DNA from: Leucoraja erinacea
Lineage: Eukaryota
Assembly: GCF_028641065.1 (NCBI RefSeq)
Contig: NC_073404.1
Location: 12,586,001 to 12,650,000 of the forward strand
Direction of reading: 5' to 3'
DNA length: 64,000 bases
Shown here: one piece after another, positions 1 through 13,100 of the stretch
How positions within the stretch are numbered: position 1 is the first letter of the stretch
Layout: each line of letters begins with the position of its first letter
Position numbers and translations under genes: made by a program
Notes under the pieces: generated by a model
What the model saw: only the letters and a program-made list of their open reading frames with translations
Told to the model about the DNA's origin: nothing
Database searches by the model: none

Positions 1-137
1 TGGGATGGATGTTCATAAGATCATAAGTGATATGAGTTGAACTAGGCCATTCATGGCTGATCTATCACTCCCTCCAAACCCCATTCTCCTGCGTTATCCC
101 CATAACACCTGACACACGTACTAATCAAGGTGTTTAA

Positions 138-1105
138 ATGGGTTGGGTTGGTTGAGTTGGGTCATGTTTGGGTTGCGTTGGTTGCATGGTGGTGATTAGG
201 TTAGGGTTGAGTGATGGTTTGTGGGGGTTGGTTTGTATTGAGGCTGGGTTGTGGTTAGGGTTGTGTTGGGGCTGGATTGGGATTGTGTTGGGGCTGGGTT
301 GTGGTTAGGGTGCGGTTGGGTTGTGTTAGGGTTGTCCCTGGGTTGTGGTTGTGTTGATGCTGGAATGGGGTTGTGTTGGGGCTGTGTTGGTTGGGTTGTG
401 GTTGTGTTGTGGGGCTGGGTTTGGGTTGGTTTGGGGATGTGTTTGCAGTTGGTTTCGGTTTGTGTTGGGGCTGTGTTGTGTGTGGGGTGGGATGTGTTGG
501 GGTTGGTGCTGGTTTGGGTTGGGGATGTTTTGGGGTTGTAGTTGGGTTGGGCGGTGTTGGATTGGGTGGGGCTCGGATTGGGATAGGTTTGGGGCTGGTT
601 TTCGGTTGGTGTGGGTAGGGTTGGGTTTCAGTGGAGTTTGGTTGGGTTAGGCTTCCGTGTTGGATTAGTTGGGGCTTGGATTGTGAAAGGGTTGGTTGGG
701 TTGCAGTTGGGTTGTGGTTGGGGTTGGGTTGTTGTTAGGGTCGGGATGGGTTGTATTGGGGTTAGGGTTGGGGCTGGGTCAAGGTTGGTGTGAGTGGAGT
801 TGGGTTTCAGTGGGGTTAGGTTGTGTTGGATTGGACTGGGGTTGAGGGTTGGTTGGGATGACAACGGTGTGGTTGGGTTGGGATGAGTTTGGATTGGAGG
901 ATTGAGGTGGGGTTGTGGTTAGTGTTAGGTTGGGATGAGTTTGTAGTGGGGATGATTTGGAGTTGGGTTTCAGTTGTTAGGGTTGGTTATGGTTGGGATG
1001 GGTTGGCGGGACGTCTATGTTTGATTTGGGGTTGGGAGTGGATTGGGGTTGGGTTGTGTTGGTTGCGTTGGGTTTTTTGGTGTTGGGTTACGTTGGGTGG
1101 GGTTG
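138..1105. repeat. Low-complexity GT-rich (GGGTT/GGTTG-like) degenerate simple repeat
   Basis: Almost only G and T in irregular GGGTT/GTTGG units; the ORFs over it are G/V/W/L compositional artefacts. Confidence 0.85.
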
Positions 1106-1312
1106 TCTTACATTCATCAGCCCCAAAGCCCAGATCAGCATGTAATCTGCTGGTTTCCCAAACACCAATGAAAATCAAAGGCTGAGAGAGAAAGTTGCAG
1201 GGTCCACCACTAAGCAAATCCAACTTCATTAACACTGCAACCAAAAAAGCATCTGCTTCATCAGAAAGCTAAGGTAATTCAACATGTCTCCAATGACCTT
1301 CACCAATTTAGG

Positions 1313-1620
1313 CCACAAAATTGTGCAGCTGGTAGAGCTGCTGTCTCACAGCGCTAGAGACCCTGGTTCAATTCTGCTGTCGGGTGTTGACTGTGTGGAA
1401 TTTGCCCTTCTCCCTGTGACCGCATGGGTTTCCTCCTGGTGCTGTGCTTAACTCTCATGTCCCAAAGACATTCGGGTTTTTGGTCAATTGGCCTCTGGAA
1501 ATTGCCCCTAGTGCGTAGGGAGTGGATAAGGATGTGAGATAACATAGAACCAGTATGAATAGGTGATCGATGTTCGGCGTGGGCTCAGTGGACCAATGGG
1601 CTTGTTTCCATGATGTGTTA
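1313..1620 (+). mobile_element. tRNA-derived V-SINE (HE1-like), degenerate copy
   Basis: Head with A/B-box-like motifs (gcagctggtagagctgctg...ctggttcaattct), core 'tgtgtggaatttgcccttctccctgtgacc' and 'cccaaagac'. Dozens of related copies occur in the window. Confidence 0.7.
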
Positions 1621-1867
1621 CTGAAATTAAAAAGCAAAATTCTATTTCTACAGATGCCCAATAGAAAGCATTCTATCAGAATGCATCACTGCCCAAGAAT
1701 GCAAGAAATGTGTAGAGTTGTAGAGGTGGCAGAATCCATTACACAAACCAGCCTCTTCCACCATCGATTCTGTCTACATTGCCTCAGGAAAGCAGCCAAC
1801 TAAATCAAGGCATTGACACCCTGGTCATTTACTATTCTTCCCTCTTCCATCAGGCAGAAGATGCGAA

Positions 1868-2037
1868 CAGGGCCGGCCTTTAGCCAATTGGACCAATTGC
1901 TCCCAATGGGTCGCGCGCTGGGCTGCAGGGTAACACACTCTATCCCCTCAGCAGCGACCCCGACAGGTGAAATTCCTCACAACAACACATCCCCGCGATT
2001 AACTCTCCATACTGTCATCCACACCAGTGATGGAAAT

Positions 2038-2071
<34 letters not shown>

Positions 2072-4137
2072 GCAGGGGATAGCGTTCCCCTACTTTTCAG
2101 TTTCCAGCTCGGGTTTAAAGGGTACTGCAGAAAGATTGGAGTCGTTTATCACTTGGTTCAACTGAGACGAAAACGATTTGTTAACTGCCACTGTTAGCAC
2201 TTGTTAACAGCCAGTAGTTAATCCTTCGCCCCATAGATGCTGCTGCACTCGCTGAGTTTCTCCAGCATTTTTGTGTACCTTCGATTTTCCAGCATCTGCA
2301 GTTCCTTCTTAAACACGTAATTATACAATGTGTCACCAATACATCGATCTGCATCCAATATAATTGTGTTTTGACCAAGTATTAATGACACAGCATTCCT
2401 TTGAATAAAATTCACGGCAGAATTTCTTGAAAGTTACTGTCTGTCATTAAGGGCTCCGGACCGCGAGCACGGGCTTCTTCTGCGCAGGCACAGTCATTCA
2501 CCCACGTTATTTTAAGTAGGAACTGCAAATGCTGGAACAATCGAATGTAGACAAAAATGCTGGAGAAATTCAGCGGGTGAGGCAGCATCTCACTCGCTGA
2601 GTTTCTCCAGCATTTTTGTCCTTCACGTTATTTAGTAATTTGTACCCGTCATTTAGGGATATTATATGAATTTTTTTTAAAGTTTATGTATTGTTTTCTC
2701 TCTCTCCTTCAAGGTTAGTTCTTCTGTTTGCCTTTATTTGATTCAGTTTTATTTAGAGTTACTTATCACGTTGTCGTAGCTTTTCAACGTATCGCATTTT
2801 AAAAATTCATATAAATTCATAGCGTTGCCCAGCACTAAATCCCTTCAGCTGTAAATACAACTGAAGCTACGGGTAGATTAGTAGACCTTGAAGAGGCATT
2901 GACACTTTGTTTTTATGTAGAGGGGTAATAGAGAAGGGCTCCGGGCCGCGAGCTCACTGACTGAATGATACAGACATCCCGACTGAAAATCACACCCTTC
3001 CGATCATTTATTTTAGGTTAAGCCTTTCTAGAAAACGTACTACTTTTTGCATGGCCCATTTTCAAAATATAGAATGTTGAATTTGCCGTTTGTTTGGTAC
3101 AAGGAGACTGTAAAAAAAAAAAAAAATGAAATGATTCAATTAATATCTATTTTTTTTACACACTGTAACTTTCCACATTTCTATTTTTGGGTGTGTATGT
3201 GGCAATTATGGCTCATGGAATTTTCTCCCACACTACTAGTTATATTCGTAACAACATATTTAAATATGTGAAATCTTCAAACTTTCCCAACCTCTTAAAA
3301 AATACATGAAGAAGGGACCGACCCTAAACGTCGCCAAGCCATTCCCTCCATACATAGACATAAAATGCTGGGGTAACTCAGCAAGTCAGGCAGCATCTCT
3401 GGAGAGAAGGAATAGGTGACGTTTTGTGTCGAGACCCTTCTTCGGACCCTCCATAGATCCAGTCTGACCTGCTGAGTTCTTCAGCACTTTATGCTTTGCT
3501 CTTAAAATAAATATGTGGTCCGTTGAAGAAACAACACGATAGATCACTCTGGAAGTTCAGATTCAGATTCAATTTTAATTGTCATTGTCAGTGTACAGTA
3601 CAGAGACAACGAAGTGCAAGTTTTGCTGTACACTTCAACCTGTATAACACATCATAATACACCTTGAGTGAATTAGTGGGGTTAGATTATTTTTTTTAAT
3701 CTGTTGTCTAAAATTAATTTATACCCATCCTATGTACCTTATATTAGATTTAAATCGGAATTCCGATTTTTTCGTTTTCTTACGTCAATTTTTTGTGCCC
3801 GATTATTTGGTGGCCAATCAACCGCAGTCTCTAAGGGGGTTGCGTCCAATCGCCGACCAGCTTCCCTTAAAATTCCTGTCCAATCAACAAATCGGTCTCC
3901 TCCCGTCCAATCAGCCGCTGTCTCCAATGGCATAGTGTCAAATCACATAATGCGCTGGTCACTCAGCGGCCAATCAGACACCGTTCCCGAGGGGCATTGT
4001 GACCAATCACCGACCAGCTTCCTTTAAAATCCCAGACCAATCAACAAATCGGTCTCCTCCCATCCAATCAGGCTGGGAACCTGGGGCTCACCAAAATTAT
4101 TCCCAATTGGGCTCCGCACCTCCTAAGTCCGGCCCTG
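1868..4137. mobile_element. Non-autonomous hAT-type DNA transposon (~2.3 kb)
   Basis: TIRs CAGGGCCGGCCTTTAG / CTAAGTCCGGCCCTG and a perfect 8-bp TSD GATGCGAA (1860-1867, 4138-4145). No transposase ORF; internal CCAATC-rich subterminal repeats. Interrupts a LINE 3' fragment. Confidence 0.9.
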
Positions 4138-4839
4138 GATGCGAAAGCTTTAAAGCACGCACCACCCCATGTGGGAGCAGCTTATTCCCTGTCGTTAGCA
4201 GACCTCATATACTTGAGATGAATTCCTGATCTACCAATACACTTCATTATAACGTGACTCTCATGACTCTTGATTAAATTTACGCTTGCGCAATAGCACT
4301 TCCATTTCCAACTTAGTCACATCTGACCTCCGCGGGACGGAATCCTTTACGTAAGTCGGGGAGCATTTGTATATCACTGGCCCTTTCATCGTCACTGGGT
4401 CTGTCCTGAAACTGCCTCTCCCACGTCACTCCGTGATCTGCTTCATCGCACATATTACAGGAAGGTTACTCTCCATCCCCCGCCTCAGGGGCAATTGGGG
4501 ATGGATGCCAATTGCTGGCTTTGCCTCCCACACCCGCTTGTGGTGAGGCAATTTATAAGAAGTCACACACACAGACAGCAGTGGAGTGGGTGCAGCCCGT
4601 GCAGGTAACAGGCTTGAAGCACCAGGTGTCAGTGTGAGGAACAGCAATCCACAGGTAACCCACAGGCGCGCTGACAGAGTCGGGCGGAGGTTATTGCAGC
4701 CTGTCATTACTGAGGCTGAGCCACCGCAGACTCAACTACCCTGAACCAGGGAGTGGATTGGTGCTTAATTATATACACACTCTCAGAGACACGCGTCCGC
4801 ACACACACACCATCACCAGCAATCACTCGAAGTCCAGTG

Positions 4840-5045
4840 TGATTGTCCTGTCTGTGGGTCTTGAGCCGGCTGCAGAGGCCGATCGTGGAGCCACCAGACT
4901 TTATTGCAGGGTGTATCCCTCCCCAGGTGCTGCCTGTGGGTGACATTGTTTACAGAGGGGAGACTGGTACACGGGACAGAGACAGCCGGGTACAAGGCAC
5001 GGTTCACACCACGGTTGGCAGTCTCTCCCTGTTGCAGCTTCTACA
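4840..5045. repeat. Dispersed repeat also found at ~35540-35740
   Basis: Shares 'ggtcttgagccgg...gccgatcgtggagccac...gggtgtatccctcccc.ggtgctgcctgtgggtgacattgtttac' with the 35.5 kb copy; family uncertain (possibly RTE-related). Confidence 0.7.
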
Positions 5046-6479
5046 CACCAGGGCAGGGAGCTTCAAGAGAATGAACGAGCACGGGTTGTCTACTCCCACC
5101 TCCCCTGCCTTTCAATAACATCACAGCTGATCTTTTGCCTCGGTACCCCGCCTCCCTTTGAACACCCCTGCGTGGAGTACACGCAGCCACTCAGCCTCTT
5201 GGGTGGAGAATTTTGAAAGATTCAAAACCCTTTGGATAAAGAGATTTCTCCTCATCTCGGTTCTGTGGTTGATGCCTTATTCTGTTGGCCCTGGTTCGAG
5301 AGATCCTCAACAGGGAAACCATCTCCCTCAATTGTCCCATCAAACCCAGAGGGACTTTGTACCGGCCATTGCCATTAGGAGTTGGAAACAAGCACAGAGT
5401 TGGCGTGTCTGGTGGATGTAGAGTCACAGAATCATACGGTGTGGAAACAGGCCATTCAGCCCATGCTGACACCCATCTGTATTAATCTCATCCTCCAGCA
5501 CCTGACATCCATTTCCAAGCCTGGGCGACTCAAGTATTCACCCACACACTTCAACGTTTTCAATACTCTGCATCCAAGTATGTCCCAGATACCCATCACT
5601 CTCTGGGTAAAGGGGGTCACTATCATCTCCCCTTTAACCAACCCCCTCCCTACCTCCCTCCCTCTCCACACTCCCGTTTCTCCAACCACTCCTGACAGTT
5701 AATATCCTCTAACGCAGGCAGCATTCTGGTAAACATCTGCAGCACCTTCTTTAAATTCTCCACGTCCTTCCAGTAATGAGTGGCCAGTTCGGCACACAAT
5801 ACTCCAATGTGGACGAACCAACGTTTTATAAAGCTGCAGATAATTGACAGGTTATCCACAACAGGCCGAGGATATTATTACTGAGGCACCGCTGACTCGC
5901 CACTCTAGAGATAAATGTGTTCTATTTCTCACTATATCATCGTCTATATCTCTCGTTTCCCTTTCCCCTGACACTCAGTCTTGACCCGAAACGTCACATC
6001 TTCCTTCTCTCCAGACAGCTTTCTGTGCCTCTCTTCGGTTTAAACCAGCAACTGCAGTTCTTTCCTACACATACTAGTTTCATATGGGGATCTGATATGC
6101 GGAAAAGTTTCCTACAGTTCACCCTGTCAACCCCCTCTTCATTTTAGACAACTTACTCATAACCCATCTTAACCTTTGCCCCAGGGAGTTCAGACCCAGT
6201 CTCTCCTGCCTCCCCTCATTACTGATCTCCTGTGTTCCAAGCAACGTGTCCGCGAATCTTCCCTGCACCCTCTACAGCACAACCTTCGCCTTCTTGGCTT
6301 GCACAGACCGGAACCACACATATTTCACCAGCTGGGGCCAGTCCAAGGGTTTACAAAGTTGGAATACAACCGCCTTGCATTAGTTTAGTAGTATATTCCC
6401 AGCTGCGTCTGTATAATGGGTTTAAATGTCATTTAACGTGGCCTTTCAGGGGAGGAGAGGAGAGGTAAACGGGGATTAA

Positions 6480-7168
6480 AGAGGAGGGTGGAGAAGGAGA
6501 AGGGTTGGAGAAGGGGTGGGGAATGGGGAATAGGAGAGGGAGAGGAGGCAGATGAGGAGAGGGAGGGAGGAAGAAGAGGCGGGAGGGGAGGAGGGAGTAA
6601 GATGAGGGGCAGATGGCTGGGAGTCGGGTTGGAGAGGCGGGGTTCGGGCTGTCGAGGGATATCCCGCCCACGGCCGGTTCATTTCAGCGGTGTCTCGGCA
6701 CGGAGTGGGTTGCTCGGTCGGCGAGGAGCGGGGCTGAGGCGGTGGGAGAGGGGCTGAGCCGCGGGAGGTGGGGGTGGGCTGGGGCGAGAGGGGTGAGCCG
6801 GAGGGAGCGACTGTTACCGGGGGGAGAGGAGGGGGTGTGAGCCCGGGGGGAGAGGCTTGTTCCCAGGGGCGGGACGGGGTGAGCCGGGGATAGGGGGAGA
6901 GAGGGGGTGGTGAGACGGGTCGGGCGAGGCGGGTTAAGCCGGCGGGAGAGGGGTGGAGACGGAGAGAGAGACTGTTCCCGGGGTAGTGAGCCGGGGGGGA
7001 GTGAGCCGGGGTGAGTGATCGGGGGGGGGGGGGGGGGGGGGAGAGGGGGGAGGCTGTTCCCGGGGTAGTGAGCCGGGGGGGGGGGGTAGTGAGCCGGGGG
7101 GAGGCTGGGGGAGGAGGGGGGGGGGGGGGGGGGGGGGGGGGGAGCCGGGGCTGACCCGTTGTGAGGAG
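6480..7168 (+). promoter_or_regulatory. G-rich/CpG-rich promoter and 5'UTR region of the SLC13 gene
   Basis: CpG-rich purine tract with repeated GTGAGCCGGGG units and GC boxes directly upstream of the ATG at 7169. Confidence 0.55.
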
Positions 7169-10100
7169 ATGCTGGCGTGCCTGAGGTCGCTGCGGGAGCT
7201 CCGCGACCCTCTCGCTATCACTCTGCCCGTCCTGATGCTGCTGCCGCTGCCCCTCGTCCTGAGGTGCCAGGTAAGCACTCGACCCCCGTGACCCCTGTCC
7301 TGACCCCACAGCGACCCTTGTCCTGACCCCTAGTGACCCTTGTCCTGACCCCCCCCAGTGTCCCCTGTCCTGACCCCCCCCCCTATAACCCCCTGTCCTG
7401 ACCCCCCAGTGACCCCTGTCCTGACCCCCCCCCGTGACCCTTGTCCTGACCCCCCCCCCCCCCCAGCGATCCTTGTCGTGACCCCTGTCCTGACCCGCAA
7501 TTGCCCCTTTCCGCGGCTCCATTGCTTGAAAGTTTCAGCGCGAATAGTTTTGCGAAACTTTACCGAATCTTGTCTCACATTTGCGGAGGGAGGGGGTGGG
7601 GGTCGGGGTTCACTCGCCTGGTGAAGGGCACCAGTGAGGCAGATGTTGCCCCTGGACTCCAGTGGTGTCGCCCCCTCCTCACTGCTTGGGACCGGGGACG
7701 GGCGATGGACTGGGGGGGGGGGGGGGTAGAGGCGAGGGTCTGCTTTCTTGTTCGTCGGTTCAATATGTGTGGTCCTGGAGAAGAGGTTGGTGATATTGAC
7801 TCCTAGGAATATAAATGTTGGTCGAAGGTTCTGTCTCAATCTGGGACATATTTCCCCTGGCCAGGCAAATTATCCCACAACTTATTTCACTTTTTCTGAA
7901 TCACACTAAAACGGGCTTTGGTCTGATTTAAACCGTTCCCTCTTATTTTCTCACGAAACACAAAGTGCTGGAAGAACTCAGGCAGCATCGGTGAAGGGCA
8001 AAGACAAATTATCTTTCTTCAGTCTGATGACGGGTCCCGTTCCGATACGTTGTCTGTCCATTTCCCTCCCCAGACGCTGCCTGACCCACTGGGCTCCGCC
8101 AGCGCTGGGTATTTGGCTGAAGATTCCAGCATCTGCAATCTCATGTGTCTTCAACTAAAGGCACAAGTCAGGAGTTTGATAGAATATTCTCCAGTTGCCT
8201 GAAGGAAAATACAACAGTGCATTTAGTTGCCCCAGATACTCGTAAAGCTCATCAGTTCATATGTCATAGGAGCAGAATTAGGCCATTCGGCCAATCAAGT
8301 TTATTCCACCATGCAATCGTGGCTGACCTATCTTTCCCTCTCAACCCCATTCTCCTGCCTTCACCCCATAACACCAGACCCCCATTCTAATCAAGAATCT
8401 GTCATCTCCACCTTGAAAATATCCATTGACTTGGTCTCCACATCTGGCTGTGGCAATGAAACGGATCTAAAGACATTCCTCCTCGTCTCCTTTCGAAAGG
8501 TATGTCCTTTAATTCTGCGGCTATGACCTCTGGTCCTAGAATCTCCCACTAGTGGAAACATCCTCTCCACATCCACTCTATCCATGCCCTTCACCATTCG
8601 GTAAGTTTCAACGAGGGGGCCCCTCATCCTTCTAAACTCCAGCGAATACAGGCCCAGTGCCGTCAAACGCTCATCATATATTAACCCACTCATTCATGGG
8701 ATCATTGTCGTAAACCTCCTCTGGACCCTCTGCAACGCCAGCACATCCTTCCTCAGATATGGGGCGCAAAATTGCTCACCATATTCCAAATGCGGCCTTA
8801 CCAGCGCCTTCTAGAGCCTCAGCATGACATCCCTGTTTTTATCTTCTCGTCCTTTTAAAATAAATGCTAGCATTGCATTTGCCTTCCTTACTACCGATTT
8901 GACTTGCAAATTAACCTTTTGGGAATCATGTTCCAGCACTCCCGACCCTTTGCCTTTCCGATTTCTGAATTATTTCCCCGTTTTAAAATAGTCTACGCCT
9001 TTATTCCTACTACCAAAATACATGACTCCACACTTTGCTATGCTCTATTCCATTTGCCACTTATTTGCCCACTCTCCCAACCTGTTGAATTCCTTCTGCA
9101 GAGTGCCTGCTTTCTCTACACTACCTGCCCCTCCACTTATCTTCATATCATCTGACTATGTGACTTTACTGGCTTTATCTTGCACTAAACGTTATTCACC
9201 CTCTTCCCTTCATCATGTCTCTATACTCTGTGGATGGCTCGATTGTCATCATGTACTCTCTTTTCGCTGACTGATTAGCACGCAACAAAAGTTTTCACTG
9301 TACCTCGGTACATGCGACAATAAACTCAACTCAACTAAACCCAACTCAATTCAACTCACCATTTCCAGGTTCCCCTCCATCCCCACTAGTTCACCATCAC
9401 CGTTCGTTCATCATCATTGGGTCTAAATCCTAGAGTACCCTCCCCAACAGCAGACGAGCACCTCTTCACTGGAAGGACTCCAGCGGTTCAAGATGGCAGC
9501 TCTCCACCATCTCCTCAAGGGGATAACTAGGGATGTGCAATAAATGCTGGCCTTACCGGCAACATTGGGATCTCATAAATAATATTTAACCCACCCGCCT
9601 GCCTTCTCCTTCGCATTCCCCGGCTGGTTGTCTCCCGTTTGTATTCCCGCTCGGCAGGTGTCCATGAGATGGAGAGGGCAGGAGGGATTGGCCTTAGGGA
9701 TGTTGATGCTCCTGCAAGATATCAGGGGCGCGTTCGGGTAATTTCACTGTCAGTCCAGCCTGGCGATCATGCGCACATGTACTAAGAGTGGAATTAGACC
9801 ATTCGACCCATCAATCTATTCCGCCATTCAATCATGGCTGATCTAACATTCCCTCTCAACCCTATTCCCCTGCCTTCTTCCCCATAACCCCTGCCACACG
9901 TACACATCAAGAACCTAGCAAATTTCTACCTTAAAAATATCCATTAACCTCCACAGCTGTCTCTGGCAATGAATCCCGCAGATTCACCACCCTTTGACTA
10001 ATTAAATTCCTTCTCATATCCTTTCTAAAGCTAGGTCCTTTTATTCGGAGGCCGTGGCCTCTGGTCATAGACTCTCCTCTCCACGTTCACAGCATCCAGG

Positions 10101-13100
10101 CCTTTCACTATGGGAAATGACACATCGAACAAAGCCCAATCTCCATCCCCGGTTTTCATGGGAACTTGCTTGGCTTCCATTGACCTTTCGAACCTTTAGT
10201 CATTTGGTTTAATTTGCCTTATTCCCATCCAGGCTGTGCTTTTCCCACTGCCATCCTTTCCTTTCCTACAGGAAGCCTACTGTGGATTCGTCGTGCTCCT
10301 GATGGCCGTGTACTGGTGCACCGAGGTCATCCCTCTAGCCATCACTGCCATCCTTCCCGTTCTCCTCTTCCCTATGTTCGGAATCATGACGTCTAAAGAA
10401 GTAAGGTTGTTTCTCATCTCACTTGACCAGAACTAACAAATAGAACTGTCATGTGATCAGTACATTTTCTCATCTCAGAGTGTTTTAGTTTAGTTTTGTT
10501 AAGAGATACAGCGTGGAAACAGCCCCTTCGGCCCACCGAGTCCATGCCGACCAGCGATGCCCTGTACATTAGTTCTATCCTATACACCAGGGACCATTTA
10601 CAGAAGCCATTGAACCTACAAACCTATACATCTTTGGAGTGTGGGAGGAAACCGGAGCACCCGGAGGAAACCCACGCCGTCACGTGGAGAACCTACAAAC
10701 TCCATAAAGACATCATCCATAGTCAGGTTCAAACCCAGGTCTCTGGCGCTGTGAGGCTGCAACTCTACCGATGCGGCACTCTACCACGTCACTGTACCAT
10801 CCAGTAGAGCGCTGGGGTGGACCTTGTCTGAATCAGGTCAGAGAGGAGGAGAGCTGGGCTTTCGTGATTGGAGCCAGGCCCAACCTGTTCAAATAGTGAT
10901 TACTGATTCACAGCCCAGCAGAGGAGTCTTCCTGACATGGTGACCAACATCAGTCTACCACTGTGTGTGTGGAGTTCACCAGCAACAGTGGGAATGCCTG
11001 CTCTCGACACTAATAGTTCCCGGCTGTCTGTACAACAGCAGCAACACCCACAGACCACCACTGACTAAATAACAGACAGTACTTTCCTTTGCCGTAACAA
11101 TGAGCTGTTATTACATATTCACAGTTTACAGTGTTTACATTAATGTTTATATTGATCAAAACCACTATACATGCAGTTTGAAAACACCAGCTTTCAGATG
11201 ACAACATTGTCAGACCTCAATTCCCCACGGCAACCAGTGTTCACGGAAGGACCCCAGGATTCCCTTGGACACTGCGTGCTCCCTCTCCAGGGACATGCGG
11301 ACATGGAAGTAGGCCTGGAAGAGGGGCAGGCAGTCGGATCGCGCAGAACCCTCGACTGCCCGCTGCCATGAGTTGTGAATGGCCAGTAGAAACTGACAGG
11401 GAGATCACGTCCGCACCTCCCCCCCCCCCTCGACCTCCCTCTGTACCGGGTGACCAAAGATCAGGAGCGTGGGGCCAAAGTGCAGTTAAAACCTGAGGGG
11501 CAGCCCCTCTAGATACAAACAGGGGGTGCAATCTTATACACTCTGAGTAAACATGGTACTCTTCTGAAGTGTCAGGCAGCTGGCGAGTCCGTGACAGGCA
11601 GCATTGTCTGTTTAACAGACAATGTTATACCTGCTAACACCTGTCATACAGACATTGGTGGGGTGGTCTGTGAACGGCCCTGTAACAGGTGACTCTGCTC
11701 ACACCCACTGCTGTCTGTGAGACAGGTAACTGCACACACCACTCTCGATGCCAATGGACACCTCTGCCCACAGAGCCACTATGGCAGTGTAGAGCTGCCC
11801 TGTCCGCGGGAGTGGGTAGAACCAAGCTCATTCCGCCTGTGTCTCTCGTTACAGGTGTGCAAGCAGTACATGAAAGACACCAACATGCTCTTCCTCGGCG
11901 GGTTAATGGTGGCAGTGGCCGTGGAGACCTGCAACCTCCACAAGCGCATCGCACTGCGGGCCCTCCTCTTGGTTGGCGTCCGGCCCGCTCTGTAAGACTC
12001 TGACCGCTTGGTTGTAAGGGGGCGTCAGTGTTTCCAGCATCGCACTGTAGTAAATGTCCCAGCACATACAATGCTCAAGAGAATTTAATTTTAATTGTCA
12101 TATTCACCAGGAACGAAATTATAAAATTCTCACCTGCTGCAGCTTTAGGGCCTCCTTCAGATAATAACATCAGTAAATATACAATAAACAACAATACAAT
12201 AAATGATCAGCTCTACTAGGGAATCAGACTATAATGGCGCAAAGTAAAAGTATATAGTGCAACTAAAACAAAGTCCATGCTAGGTCAGTGCTGAGGTAGG
12301 TTGTGGTCACTGTTGGACAATAACCTAATATTTGCTGAGAAGAAGCTGCTCTTGAACCTGGTGGTCACGGTTCTCAGACACCTGTACCTTCTCCCCGATG
12401 GTAGCAGCGAGATGAGAGCATGGCCAGGGTGGTGTGGGTCTTTAAAGATATTGGTTGCCTTTTTGAGGCACTGCCTCCTGCAGATTCCTTCGATGGTCAG
12501 GAGGTCAGAACCTGTGATGGGCCAGGAAATGTCCACCAGTCTTCATGGTTACCGCTGTGGAGCTGGTGAAAGTGGAAATCTAAAATTGAATGCTGACTCG
12601 GCAGGTCAGGCCGTGTCTGTGGAGCAAGAACCAGAGTTAATGTTTCAGATCAGAAACCTTTTGTTGAGGTCGGTAGGTTAATTGGCCTCTGCAAATTGTC
12701 CTTAGTGGAGATGTGTGGTAGAATCAGGGCGGAGATGATGGGGGTGTGGGGAGATTATACATAGATCGTAGAACAGCACAGCATGGGCACATGATCCATT
12801 TCCCTCCATCCCCTGCGTATCCGTGTGCCTATCTGAAAGCCACAATCGTGCTGCCTCTTCTTCTCCCCCCCCCCCCCCCCCCCCCCCCCCCTGGCAGCAC
12901 GTTCCAGGCTCCCTCCACTCTCTGTTCATCTCCTGTACACTGAACTCCTTTCACCTTTGCACACTCTCCCTGTGACTGCGTGGGTTTCCACCGGGTGTTT
13001 CGGTTTTCTCCCACATCCCAAAGACGTGCAGGTTTGTAGATTAATTGGCCTCTGTAAAATTGCTCCTCGTGTGTAGGGAGTGGATGAGGAAGTGGGATAA

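Noticed and set aside
251-1185. Several G/V/W/L/C-rich ORFs
   Set aside because: Products of GT-rich low-complexity DNA with no family motifs.
6476-7522. 348-aa Pro/Gly-rich minus-strand ORF
   Set aside because: Antisense to the G-rich promoter, exon 1 and the intron minisatellite of SLC13A5; compositional.
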